A stretch of DNA of 63,012 bases, filler included, from Octopus bimaculoides (taxonomy: Eukaryota), in NCBI RefSeq assembly GCF_001194135.2. It is 6 parts of 5 records of this genome, joined end to end, with 100 filler letters (N's around TTAATTAATTAA, not from the genome) between each part and the next. Parts side by side here need not be neighbours in the genome. Positions count along the whole stretch, not along the records: positions 29,898 to 51,693 come from NC_068985.1; 5 more parts are not named here. One strand, given 5' to 3'. The position numbers and the translations under genes were made by a program. The notes beneath the pieces were generated by a model. The model saw only the letters and a list, made by a program, of their open reading frames with translations, was not told the DNA's origin and searched no databases. The stretch's first letter is position 1; every line of letters starts with the position of its first letter. Positions 38,635-49,563 of this stretch are shown one piece after another.

Positions 38635-39833
38635 ACAATAGTTAATTTCTGTAAGTTGATTATAAATTTCGTTTTTAATGCATATCTGGTTGATTTATAA
38701 ATCAAAGTCAAATGGATTTGGATTAATATTCTGCTGAGGTCAACTTTGCTTATCATCATTTTGGGGTTGATAAAATAAGTACCAGTCGAGTGCTGGAGCC
38801 AATGAAATTTACTTACCCTGCCCCGAAAAGGATGGCCTTGTGTTATGGTTTTCACATTGTGATGTAAATAAACAATAAAATACACATATAGACTCATTTC
38901 AGTTCTGCTGATGAAGGTATCACGTGTCCATATACGGCTAAAAATGTCTGAGTATCAGAGACAGAATTATGGCCAGAGAAGACAGGAAACATATTTATTT
39001 ATCTTAATAAACACATTCATTATAATATCAAGTATCTCTCTTTTTTTTGTTTTTTGCTGTTTTCGTTTTTAGTTTTATTGATAAATGGTTATACCACTGT
39101 TCCAGATGTAACCCTTTTGCAGCATTACTGTTCCAGTAAAAACAACAATTTTCAGGGATTTTCATGATTTGATGACAGAAAATGAGGTGAAAGTGGATAT
39201 GAAAAAATGGATACAGCAATTCACCCCACTTGTGATGGAGACCTTATCTATAGAGAAAGGGTCCCTCTTCCAATATGTGCAATTTAAATGATCTATATCA
39301 GTCTACCTTTGCCTGACTTCAGCAACATATGTTTTTCATCTTGTTGATGGCATCGTCCATAAGATAACAATGTTATTTGAATTGCTTTTCGAGACTGTCT
39401 TTAACTGTTTTGATATTTTAGATCAGTGCATTAAGATTGCAGTTAATTATTTTCACAGAATTCGCATTAGCATTGGTTATCTATGATTTTGATAAGGGTT
39501 AAATTATCACTCAGTCACAACTGCTAATGGAGCATAGTTCACACCAAGGATATTTGCTGTAAAACTTATCAAATACGATATCACCATTGCCCTCTTCATC
39601 ATCTAAATTAATATCCTAGTTAATTCTGCAACAAATCGTGTTAACCACTCTCAATCAAATTAAGATCAATAAGTTACTTTTATCACTTAAGCCACAATTG
39701 GGGAAATTATGGCTGAGACTGTGTGAAGCTGATCAGAAATAAACTTTATCTATTTGTCTGTCTGTCTGTCTATATCTGTCTACACATACAAATGTATGCG
39801 TGTGCATGTATATGTATATGTGTGTATGTGTAC

Positions 39834-39887
<54 letters not shown>

Positions 39888-40872
39888 NNNNNNNNNNNNN
39901 NNNNNNNNNNNNNNNNNNNNNNNNNNNNNNNNNNNNNNNNNNNNNNNNNNNNNNNNNNNNNNNNNNNNNNNNNNNNNNNNNNNNNNNNNNNNNNNNNNNN
40001 NNNNNNNNNNNNNNNNNNNNNNNNNNNNNNNNNNNNNNNNNNNNNNNNNNNNNNNNNNNNNNNNNNNNNNNNNNNNNNNNNNNNNNNNNNNNNNNNNNNN
40101 NNNNNNNNNNNNNNNNNNNNNNNNNNNNNNNNNNNNNNNNNNNNNNNNNNNNNNNNNNNNNNNNNNNNNNNNNNNNNNNNNNNNNNNNNNNNNNNNNNNN
40201 NNNNNNNNNNNNNNNNNNNNNNNNNNNNNNNNNNNNNNNNNNNNNNNNNNNNNNNNNNNNNNNNNNNNNNNNNNNNNNNNNNNNNNNNNNNNNNNNNNNN
40301 NNNNNNNNNNNNNNNNNNNNNNNNNNNNNNNNNNNNNNNNNNNNNNNNNNNNNNNNNNNNNNNNNNNNNNNNNNNNNNNNNNNNNNNNNNNNNNNNNNNN
40401 NNNNNNNNNNNNNNNNNNNNNNNNNNNNNNNNNNNATCGTGCAGTTACTGTTAATACTTCATTTAGAGAATTAACATTGCCTATATATATATATATATAT
40501 ATATATACTGTACACACATGCTCATGCACACACACACACACATATGTATATGTATATATATGTATATATGTATGTCATGATTAGCAAAAAGTGAAACCGG
40601 TTGGCAAACACAATATTCTTTCACTTCTAAAAGATATTAAGAAAATATGTTGAAACTGTGTAAGCTGTGCATTTTCCTTCTTTTATTTTATATATGTATA
40701 TATCCTTTTATTGTTCTACTATTTTACTTGTTTCAGTCATTCGACTACAGCCATGCTGGAGCACTGCCTTTTACTCAAAGAAATTGACCCCAGGACTTAT
40801 TCTTTCTAGGCCTGGCACTTATTCTATCAGTCTCTTTTGCTGAACTGCTAAGTTATGGAGACGTAAAGACAC

Positions 40873-40902
<30 letters not shown>

Positions 40903-40907
<5 letters not shown>

Positions 40908-41121
40908 TTGGAAGGACTGGAAGAACGGTGGTAGCAGGGAATTGTACCAATGTGCCAGAAGGGAGGCTAGGCGACAGGTTTATTTAGCCAGAGGGGAAGC
41001 AGATAAGAAAAGATTTGCCAATGTTCTGCGCCGTGAGGACCAAAGACTCGAGGTATTTCGTGTTGCAAGACAGTGTAGGAGAGAGAATAGTGATGTCGTA
41101 GGAGAGAAATGTGTTCGCATG
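40903..41121 (+). mobile_element. RTE-type LINE ORF fragment (linker between EN and RT)
   Basis: AWKDWKNGGSRELYQCARREARRQVYLARGEADKKRFANVLRREDQRLEVFRVARQCRRENSDVVGEKCVR; cut by a gap. Confidence 0.65.
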
Positions 41122-42059
41122 NNNNNNNNNNNNNNNNNNNNNNNNNNNNNNNNNNNNNNNNNNNNNNNNNNNNNNNNNNNNNNNNNNNNNNNNNNNNNNN
41201 NNNNNNNNNNNNNNNNNNNNNNNNNNNNNNNNNNNNNNNNNNNNNNNNNNNNNNNNNNNNNNNNNNNNNNNNNNNNNNNNNNNNNNNNNNNNNNNNNNNN
41301 NNNNNNNNNNNNNNNNNNNNNNNNNNNNNNNNNNNNNNNNNNNNNNNNNNNNNNNNNNNNNNNNNNNNNNNNNNNNNNNNNNNNNNNNNNNNNNNNNNNN
41401 NNNNNNNNNNNNNNNNNNNNNNNNNNNNNNNNNNNNNNNNNNNNNNNNNNNNNNNNNNNNNNNNNNNNNNNNNNNNNNNNNNNNNNNNNNNNNNNNNNNN
41501 NNNNNNNNNNNNNNNNNNNNNNNNNNNNNNNNNNNNNNNNNNNNNNNNNNNNNNNNNNNNNNNNNNNNNNNNNNNNNNNNNNNNNNNNNNNNNNNNNNNN
41601 NNNNNNNNNNNNNNNNNNNNNNNNNNNNNNNNNNNNNNNNNNNNNNNNNNNNNNNNNNNNNNNNNNNNNNNNNNNNNNNNNNNNNNNNNNNNNNNNNNNN
41701 NNNNNNNNNNNNNNNNNNNNNNNNNNNNNNNNNNNNNNNNNNNNNNNNNNNNNNNNNNNNNNNNNNNNNNNNNNNNNNNNNNNNNNNNNNNNNNNNNNNN
41801 NNNNNNNNNNNNNNNNNNNNNNNNNNNNNNNTTCTATATGGTAGCTAGACCTAATAGAAATAGCAACCAAATCTCCCTCAAATTACACCAACTGTCTTAT
41901 GTATGTATAAGCCAATGTAGGAAACCACTACATGGTAGGTATGGCTGTTAGAAATAGCAGCTAAATCTCCCTCAAACCAAACCCTGCTATTTTATGTATG
42001 TATGGGCCAGTAAAGGAGACTTCTCCACGGTAGCTATACCACAAAAATTCCTCATCTTG

Positions 42060-42378
42060 CAAGTTACTTGGTGACCCAGCTGGTGCTGATGCCATGTAAG
42101 AAGCATCTAGTCCACATTGTGAAGTGGTTGGCATTTGGAAGGGCATCCGGCTGTAAAAAAAAAAACGTGTCAAAACTGACTTCACTTGTGCTGGTGCCAC
42201 CTAAAAAACACTCCGTCCCCTTGATGGGGTCGTTGGTGTTAGGAAGGCCATCCAGCCAGAAAAAACCATGCCAAAACAGACACAGTAGCCTGGTGTAGTT
42301 CCTGTACTTGGCCGGCTCCTATCAAACCACCCCAACTCATGCCAGCATGGAAGGCGGACATTAAACGATGATGATGAC
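42060..42378 (+). mobile_element. Degenerate RTE-related 3' UTR, two partial units
   Basis: GGTTGGCATTTGGAAGGGCATCC and GGTGTTAGGAAGGCCATCC; ends CATGGAAGGCGGACATTAAACGATGATGAT. Confidence 0.7.
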
Positions 42379-42402
42379 GATATATGTGTGTGTGTATGTA
42401 TG

Positions 42403-42446
<44 letters not shown>

Positions 42447-42696
42447 CACATGACAGGTTTCTTTCAGTTTTTTTGTATACCAAACTCCCTCACAGGGCCC
42501 TGGTCGGCCCCAAAAGTATAGTTGAAAACACTTGTCCCAAGTGTCACGCAGTGGGACCGAACCCAAGACCATGTGGCAGGGAAGCATACGTCTTACCACA
42601 CAGCCAAGCCTGCATGTACACACACACACACACCTCACAATGTTTTGTTGTTATTCAGATAAAATTACAGTAATTTTGTAATGCGTCACTACAAAG

Positions 42697-42729
<33 letters not shown>

Positions 42730-42876
42730 CATGCAAATGTAGTATATAGTGCAACATACTTCAAATACATACATCATACACATACTACACAGATAACATA
42801 TACACACACAACCATGCACACACCACACCTCCTCACACGCATACACACACACCACTTTGTACACCACACACATCAC

Positions 42877-42918
<42 letters not shown>

Positions 42919-43330
42919 NNNNNNNNNNNNNNNNNNNNNNNNNNNNNNNNNNNNNNNNNNNNNNNNNNNNNNNNNNNNNNNNNNNNNNNNNNNNNNNNNN
43001 NNNNNNNNNNNNNNNNNNNNNNNNNNNNNNNNNNNNNNNNNNNNNNNNNNNNNNNNNNNNNNNNNNNNNNNNNNNNNNNNNNNNNNNNNNNNNNNNNNNN
43101 NNNNNNNNNNNNNNNNNNNNNNNNNNNNNNNNNNNNNNNNNNNNNNNNNNNNNNNNNNNNNNNNNNNNNNNNNNNNNNNNNNNNNNNNNNNNNNNNNNNN
43201 NNNNNNNNNNNNNNNNNNNNNNNNNNNNNNNNNNNNNNNNNNNNNNNNNNNNNNNNNNNNNNNNNNNNNNNNNNNNNNNNNNNNNNNNNNNNNNNNNNNN
43301 NNNNNNNNNNNNNNNNNNNNNNNNNNNNNN

Positions 43331-43655
43331 CCTGACTGGCCTTCGTAGGGTTTTCGAGCGAGATCGTTGCCAGTGCCCCTGGACTGGCTTTTGTGCGGGT
43401 GGCACATAAAATACACCATTTTGAGCATGGCCGTTGCCAGTACTGCCTGACTGGCCTTCGTGCTGGTGACACGTAAAAGCATCCACTACACTCTCAGAGT
43501 GGTTGGCGTTAGGAAGGGCATCCAGCTGTAGAAACTCTGCCAAATCAGATTGGAGCCTGGTGTAGCCATCAGGTTTCACCAGTCCTCAGTCAAATCGTCT
43601 AACCCATGCCAGCATGGAAAGCAGACGTTAAACGATGATGGTGATGATGATGATG
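43331..43655 (+). mobile_element. RTE LINE 3' UTR copy with (GAT)n tail
   Basis: Closely matches 31680-31978 by eye. Confidence 0.85.
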
Positions 43656-44541
43656 AAGGTGGTAAGCTGGTAGAATTGCTAGCACAGCAGGTGAAATGCT
43701 TAGCAGTGTATCATCAGTCCTTACGTTCCGAGTTCAGATTCCGCTGGGGTAAACTTTACCTTTCATCTCTTTCTGGGGTCGATAAAATAAGTACCAGTTA
43801 AGTACAGGGGCCAATGTAATTGACTTACCCCCACCCACCAATCCCCCTTTAGGAGTTCTATTTATTTATTTATCTATTTATTTATCTATTTATTTATTAT
43901 ATCTTTCTCCGTTTTCTTCCTCTGTTTAGATGAACTTTCCTACCTTTTCGGACAAAACCTTTTGTAACCTTCGTCCTGTCTTTGTCCTTACATGTCTTTA
44001 ATTGATATTAGCCCTTGTGGCATATAAAATGAATTAATTATTATTATTATTGTTGTTGCTGTTGTTGTGGTCAGGGCGGTGAGCTGGTGGAACTGTTAGT
44101 ATGTTGAATGAAATGCTTAGTGGTATTTTGCCCATCGCTATGTACTGAGTTCAAATTCCGCCAAGGTCGACTCTGCCTTTCATCCTTTTGGGGTCGACAA
44201 ATCAAGTACCAGTGAAACACTGGGGCCGATACAACCAACCAGTCCCCTCCCGCAAAATGTAAGGCCTCGTGCCCCCAGTAGAAAGGACCACCATTATTAT
44301 TACCATTATTATTAAATGTTAGCACGCTGGGCTAAATGCTTAGCGGTATTTCGTCTGCCGTTACGTCCTGAGTTCAAATTCCGCCGAGGTCAACTTTGCC
44401 TTTCATCCCTTCTGGGTCGATTAAATAAGTACCAGTTACGCACTGGGGATTGATGTAATCGACTTAATCCGTTTGTCTGTCCTTGTTTGTCCCCTCTATG
44501 TCTAGCCCCCCTGTGGGCAATAAAGAAATAATAATAATTAA

Positions 44542-44580
<39 letters not shown>

Positions 44581-45198
44581 GGCAGCAAGCTGGCAAAATC
44601 GTTAGCACTCTGGACAAAATGCTTAGCGGTATTTTGCCCGTCGCTACACTCTGAGTTCAAATTCCTCAGAGGTCGACTTTGCCTTTCATCCTTTCGGGGT
44701 CGATTAAATAAGTACCAGTTATGCACTGGAGTCGATTACATTGATTCATCTCCACCTCCCAAAAGGGAAGGTTGTGGGAAGTGGAGAGTACCAGTTACAT
44801 ACTGGGGTCGATATAATCAACTAGCCCCGCCTCCCCCACAATTTCAGGTCTTGTGCCTATCGTAGAAAGGATTGTTGTTGTTGTTGTTGTTGTTGTTAGT
44901 AAGGTTGCAAGCTGGCAGAATCGTTAGCAGACCAGGCAAAATGCTTAGAAGCACTTTCCTCTGTCTTTACATTCTGAGTTCAAATTTCACCAAGGTCAAC
45001 TTTGCATTTCAACTTCTTGGGGCCAATAGAATAAGTACCAGTTGAACACCAGGGTCAATCTAATCGATTTAGCCTCTATCCCTGAAATTGCTGGCCTTGT
45101 GCCTAAATTTGAAACCAATACTGGTGATAGATATAAGGGAGTGAGCTGGCAGTTCCAATAACATGGGGGGTTAAGTGTTTGTGTCATTTTGTCCATCT
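43656..45198 (+). mobile_element. Head-to-tail cluster of six SINE family B copies
   Basis: Heads at about 43656, 44072, 44316, 44579, 44900 and 45136, all plus strand, most preceded by a simple-repeat tract. Confidence 0.85.
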
Positions 45199-45769
45199 NN
45201 NNNNNNNNNNNNNNNNNNNNNNNNNNNNNNNNNNNNNNNNNNNNNNNNNNNNNNNNNNNNNNNNNNNNNNNNNNNNNNNNNNNNNNNNNNNNNNNNNNNN
45301 NNNNNNNNNNNNNNNNNNNNNNNNNNNNNNNNNNNNNNNNNNNNNNNNNNNNNNNNNNNNNNNNNNNNNNNNNNNNNNNNNNNNNNNNNNNNNNNNNNNN
45401 NNNNNNNNNNNNNNNNNNNNNNNNNNNNNNNNNNNNNNNNNNNNNNNNNNNNNNNNNNNNNNNNNNNNNNNNNNNNNNNNNNNNNNNNNNNNNNNNNNNN
45501 NNNNNNNNNNNNNNNNNNNNNNNNNNNNNNNNNNNNNNNNNNNNNNNNNNNNNNNNNNNNNNNNNNNNNNNNNNNNNNNNNNNNNNNNNNNNNNNNNNNN
45601 NNNNNNNNNNNNNNNNNNNNNNNNNNNNNNNNNNNNNNNNNNNNNNNNNNNNNNNNNNNNNNNNNNNNNNNGTTACATACATACATAACCACACATAATT
45701 ATATACTCATACAAATGTATGCACAATATTATATATACCCAAAACACAAACACACTTTTATTCTTAATC

Positions 45770-46330
45770 TCATTGGAGATACCATTTTAATACACAGGGA
45801 AAACAACAAATATAGATATGTATATATGGGAGAATTTATGCAAAAAACAACAGACGAAGACAGGTGGTGTAAACAACAAATGGATGTATTAGTTTAACGC
45901 TCGGGAATAGAGAAAGTCTTTGAGGTTTCGAGCCTATGCTCTTCAACTGAAAGAAACACAGAAAGAAATAAGGAGAAAAACAAGGAGAAAAAAATATAAA
46001 TGTAGTGGTCAGCGATCTATCATGTTGTATGGGGAGAGTCATTCTCCCCTAGTGCCCCAGAATTTAACACACACACCGGCAAAATTTCCACTTATTCCTT
46101 TTTTAAAAATTTTTCTAAAATTTCCGCCGCGTCCTTCAACCCTTTCAATAGTTTTGAGAGTCAAGATTATTGAAAAGGTTGCAAGACGCAATGAAAATCT
46201 TAGGCAAATGAAAAAAAGGAAATAAGTGGAAATTTTACCAGTGAGTGTGTCAAACCCCAAGGCACTAAAAGAGAATGACTCTCCCCAGACACAACAGGAT
46301 ATGCTTCAACACACGAATTCACATAAAGAA
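45770..46330 (-). mobile_element. Penelope-type terminal-repeat remnant with degenerate hammerhead and 256-bp fold-back (46031-46286)
   Basis: Minus strand TCTTT-CAGTTGA-A-GAGC(ATAG)GCTC-GAAAC-CTC-AAAGA. GGGGAGAGTCATTCTC...GAGAATGACTCTCCCC palindrome centred at 46158-46160. Confidence 0.6.
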
Positions 46331-46371
46331 TACTGCAAACCAAATCCAAAAACGGAATATATATATTTTCT

Positions 46372-46580
46372 TATATTCCTTTACCTGTCCCAGTCATTTT
46401 GACTGCAGCCATGCTGGAGCAGCACCTTCAGTCGAACAAACTGACCCCAGGACTTACTCTTTGTAAGACTAGCACTTATTCTATCACACACCTTTGCTGA
46501 ACCGCTAAGGTACAGGAACATAAACACACCGACATTGATTGTCAAGCAATGGTCGGTGGATCAACGCAGGACACACAAAT
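46372..46580 (-). mobile_element. SINE family A, 3' half
   Basis: CAGTCATTTTGACTGCAGCCATGCTGGAGCAGCACC...GAACCGCTAAG...GTTGTCAAGC-like. Confidence 0.75.
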
Positions 46581-46630
46581 ACATATATATACAACAAATT
46601 ATTAGTGCTAAGCAGTGTTTATGTATGAAC

Positions 46631-46736
46631 AGAATTAGTTAAGTTGAAATATGTTTGCCACATATTTCAACAGCGGAGTAATTTGCCTTTTAGCAGTTGA
46701 AATATATGACAAACATATTTGAACTTACTTAATTCT
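46631..46736. repeat. Small inverted repeat (41-bp arms, 24-bp spacer)
   Basis: AGAATTAGTTAAGTTGAAATATGTTTGCCACATATTTCAAC pairs with GTTGAAATATATGACAAACATATTTGAACTTACTTAATTCT with few mismatches. Confidence 0.75.
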
Positions 46737-46737
46737 G

Positions 46738-47110
46738 AGCTTGCTTCCCAACCACATGGTTCCGGGTTCAGTCCCACTGTGTGGCACCTTCGGCAAGTGT
46801 CTTCTACTATAGCCTTGGGCTGACCAAAGCCTTGTGAGTAGATTTGGTAAACAGAAACTGAAAGAAGCCCATCGTATATATGTATATATATATGTGCCTG
46901 TGTTTGTGCTTGTCCCCCTAGCATTGCTTGACAACCGATGCCGGTGTGCTTATGGCCCCGTAACTTAGCAGTTCGGCAAAAAGAGACCGATAGAACAAGC
47001 ACTAGGCCTCCAAAGAATAAGTCCTGGGGTCGATTTGCTCGACTAAAAAAAAGGCAGTGCTCCAGCATGGCCACAGTCAAATGACTGAAACAAGTAAAAG
47101 AGTAAAAGAG
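46738..47110 (+). mobile_element. SINE family A, near full length, about 50 bp from the KLHL exon donor
   Basis: AGCTTGCTTCCCAACCACATGGTTCCGGGTTCAGTCCCACTG...CAGTCAAATGACTGAAACAAGTAAAAGAGTAAAAGAG. Confidence 0.88.
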
Positions 47111-47112
47111 AG

Positions 47113-47146
<34 letters not shown>

Positions 47147-47160
47147 TATAGACCACTCAC

Positions 47161-47477
47161 CTGTATATGCATACTGCACGAGTGCACTTAATGCATCTGC
47201 ATCAACATCCTTCACCTTCACCTCATCCATTTTGGCTTCACGGACGTCATTGGTGAACATGGCAGCAAAATAGTCGGAGGCGACACTGAGCACCAGTCGG
47301 TGGGCAGGGATACGTTTCTGTCCTGCGATTAAGGTCACATCACACAGCGTGCGTTTGCACACGTAGCCCTCCATCTTACACATCATGCGCTCCGAGTGGT
47401 TCATCGAGCGATATACGTCGCCGAGCTCGTCCATCTTGTTGCTCTGGTAGTTGGCATAGGTGTGGTTGACCAGGTAC
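47161..47477 (-). CDS. KLHL5: Internal coding exon of a kelch-like protein (BTB/POZ domain), KLHL1/4/5 subfamily
   Basis: Translates as YLVNHTYANYQSNKMDELGDVYRSMNHSERMMCKMEGYVCKRTLCDVTLIAGQKRIPAHRLVLSVASDYFAAMFTNDVREAKMDEVKVKDVDADALSALVQYAYTG. LCDV..AHRLVLS..SDYFAAMFTNDVREA and QYAYTG match KLHL5/1/4 BTB motifs as I recall them. Acceptor ctactctccccag|G at 47478/47477, donor G|GTGAGT at 47161/47160; 317 bp, phase 2 in and phase 1 out. The symbol is a best guess within the subfamily. I found no BACK or kelch exons in the window. Confidence 0.92.
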
Positions 47478-48184
47478 CTGGGGAGAGTAGATAGATAGAT
47501 AGATAGAGAGTGAATCAGATGTCAAGTTATGAATGTTGGTCAAACAGAGAGCAATAGAGAAAGACATATACAAGTACGTGGCTGACGAACACCTGGCAGG
47601 GTGGAGAGACAGACAGACAGTTCGGTAGGTAGGCATATTATCGACCAAATATCTGGGGGAGAAAGCTTGAGAGATAAAGTTATACAAGATGGATAGAGAG
47701 ACAGAAATATGTAAATTGGGGAGAAAGAGATAGGGAAAGTTCCTGGCTTTAAGACACACATGAAAGGCCTGGTTGGAGGCCCAACCTTCTGGGTTCTTTT
47801 ACAGGGCTTAGAAAAACTTAAGGACCACTGCAGTAAGTGTGTGACTGAGAGGGGTATGAAAATGTTGAATAAAATCATAATTAACTGATCCTCATTTTCT
47901 TTTACTCAAAGGCCTGGAACTTTTCAGCACCCCCTCAGTGTAGTAGTGGTATAGCTTGACTCAAAGGCATACTATTACTCTTGCCATTGTCACCACCAGG
48001 CAGAAGAAAACAGCTGCTCTCTCTCCCTACGAAAGGAAGGTGGAGATAGGATCTCCATGATGGACAATAGGGTTCCACCCTACATGGGACAAAATGTATT
48101 TGACCTCCCAACACCACAAAATAGCAGTGTTTGGACAGGACATGAAGGAACTGAGTCTTCACAGACACACACACACACACACAC

Positions 48185-48559
48185 ACACAGTGTATTTCAG
48201 GCAGGCAGATGGATATGTATACACAAACTATCTTGGACAGGCAAATGGATATGTAGACAGACAGACAGACACAGGCACACACACACACACACCGTCTGTC
48301 TTTGACAGGCAGATTGGATGTGTACACACACATACACAAACATACATACACACAGTATCTTGGGCAAGCAGATGGTTATGTAGACACACACACACACACA
48401 CAAACATACATACATACATACATACATACATACATTATCTTGTACAGGCAGATGGATATGTAAACATATACACACATACACACACAAACATACATACACA
48501 CACCATCTATCCTGGACAGGCAGATGGACGTGTAGACACACACACACACACACAAACAT
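48185..48559 (+). repeat. Minisatellite: about 28-bp core alternating with variable CA/CATA tracts
   Basis: TATCTTGGACAGGCAGATGGATATGTAG-like core, about 6 copies. Confidence 0.8.
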
Positions 48560-48947
48560 GTTGTTGTTGGCACTCCGTCGCTTACAATGTCAAGGGTTCC
48601 AGTTGATCCGATCAACGGAACAGCCTGCTTGAGAAATTAACGTGCAAGTGGCTGAGCACTCCACAGACATGTGTACCCTTAACGTAGTTCTCGGGGATAT
48701 TCAGCATGACACAGAGTTGACAAGGCTGACCCTTTGAATTACAGGCACAACAAAAACAGGAAGAAAGAGTGAGAGAAAGTTGTGGTGGAAGAGTACAGCA
48801 GGGTTCGCCACCATCCCCTGCCGGAGCCTCGTGGAGTTTTAGGTGTTTTCGCTCAATGAACACTCACAACGCCCGGTCAGGGAATCGAAACCGCGATCCT
48901 ATGACCGCGAGTCCACTGCCCTAACCACTGGGCCATTGCACCTCCAC
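48560..48947 (-). mobile_element. tRNA-derived SINE family C with (CAA)n tail and 12-bp TSD
   Basis: Sense head GTGGAGGTGCAATGGCCCAGTGGTTAGG..GGTTTCGATTCC; TSD ACACACAAACAT at 48548-48559 and 48948-48959. Confidence 0.88.
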
Positions 48948-49180
48948 ACACACAAACATACATACATACACACACACACACAAGTATACACAGATGCAAG
49001 ATAAATAAATACAGCAACACACATTTCAACTGACAGACATACAGAAACTACCAGCCATGTATATACAGCAGTTGAGGTGATTGGCTCCACGGTTAGGGTG
49101 GCAGACTCATGATTGCAAGATTATGGTTTCAATTCCTGGACCGGGTGATGCATAGTGTTCTTGAGCAAAACTCTTCATTT

Positions 49181-49563
49181 TTATTCTTTCTTTTACTTGT
49201 TTCAGTCATTTGACTGCGGCCATGCTGGAGCACCGCCTTTAGTCGAATCAAATCAATCCCAGGACTTATTCTTTGTCAGCCTAGTACTTATTCTATCGGT
49301 CTCTTTTTGCCGAACCGCTAAGTTACGGGGACCTAAACACACCAGCATCGGTTGTCAAGCGATGTTGGGGTGACAAACACAGATACACAACATATACACA
49401 CACATACATATATACATATATACGACGGGCTTCTTTCAGTTTCCGTCTACCAAATCCACTCACAAGGCTTTGGTCGGCCCAAGGCTATAGCAGAAGACAC
49501 TTGCCCAAGGTGCCATGCAGTGGGACTGAACCCGGAACCATGTGGTTGGTAAGCAAGCTACTT
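49181..49563 (-). mobile_element. SINE family A, near full length, cut by a gap
   Basis: Close match to the other family A copies. Confidence 0.88.

Noticed and set aside
38900-38950. CTGATGA as another hammerhead
   Set aside because: No convincing stem II followed by GAAA.
46667-47160. C-terminal part of the 255-aa ORF after YAYTG
   Set aside because: Read-through past a consensus GTGAGT donor into (TA)n and a SINE.
48185-48559. CRISPR array
   Set aside because: Spacers are microsatellites of irregular length, repeats are degenerate, there are no cas genes, and the context is animal DNA.
48860-48947. Functional tRNA genes at SINE heads (also 13.7, 28.6, 49.1 and 57.5 kb)
   Set aside because: A/B boxes are present, but acceptor stems are incomplete and the heads run into repeat bodies.
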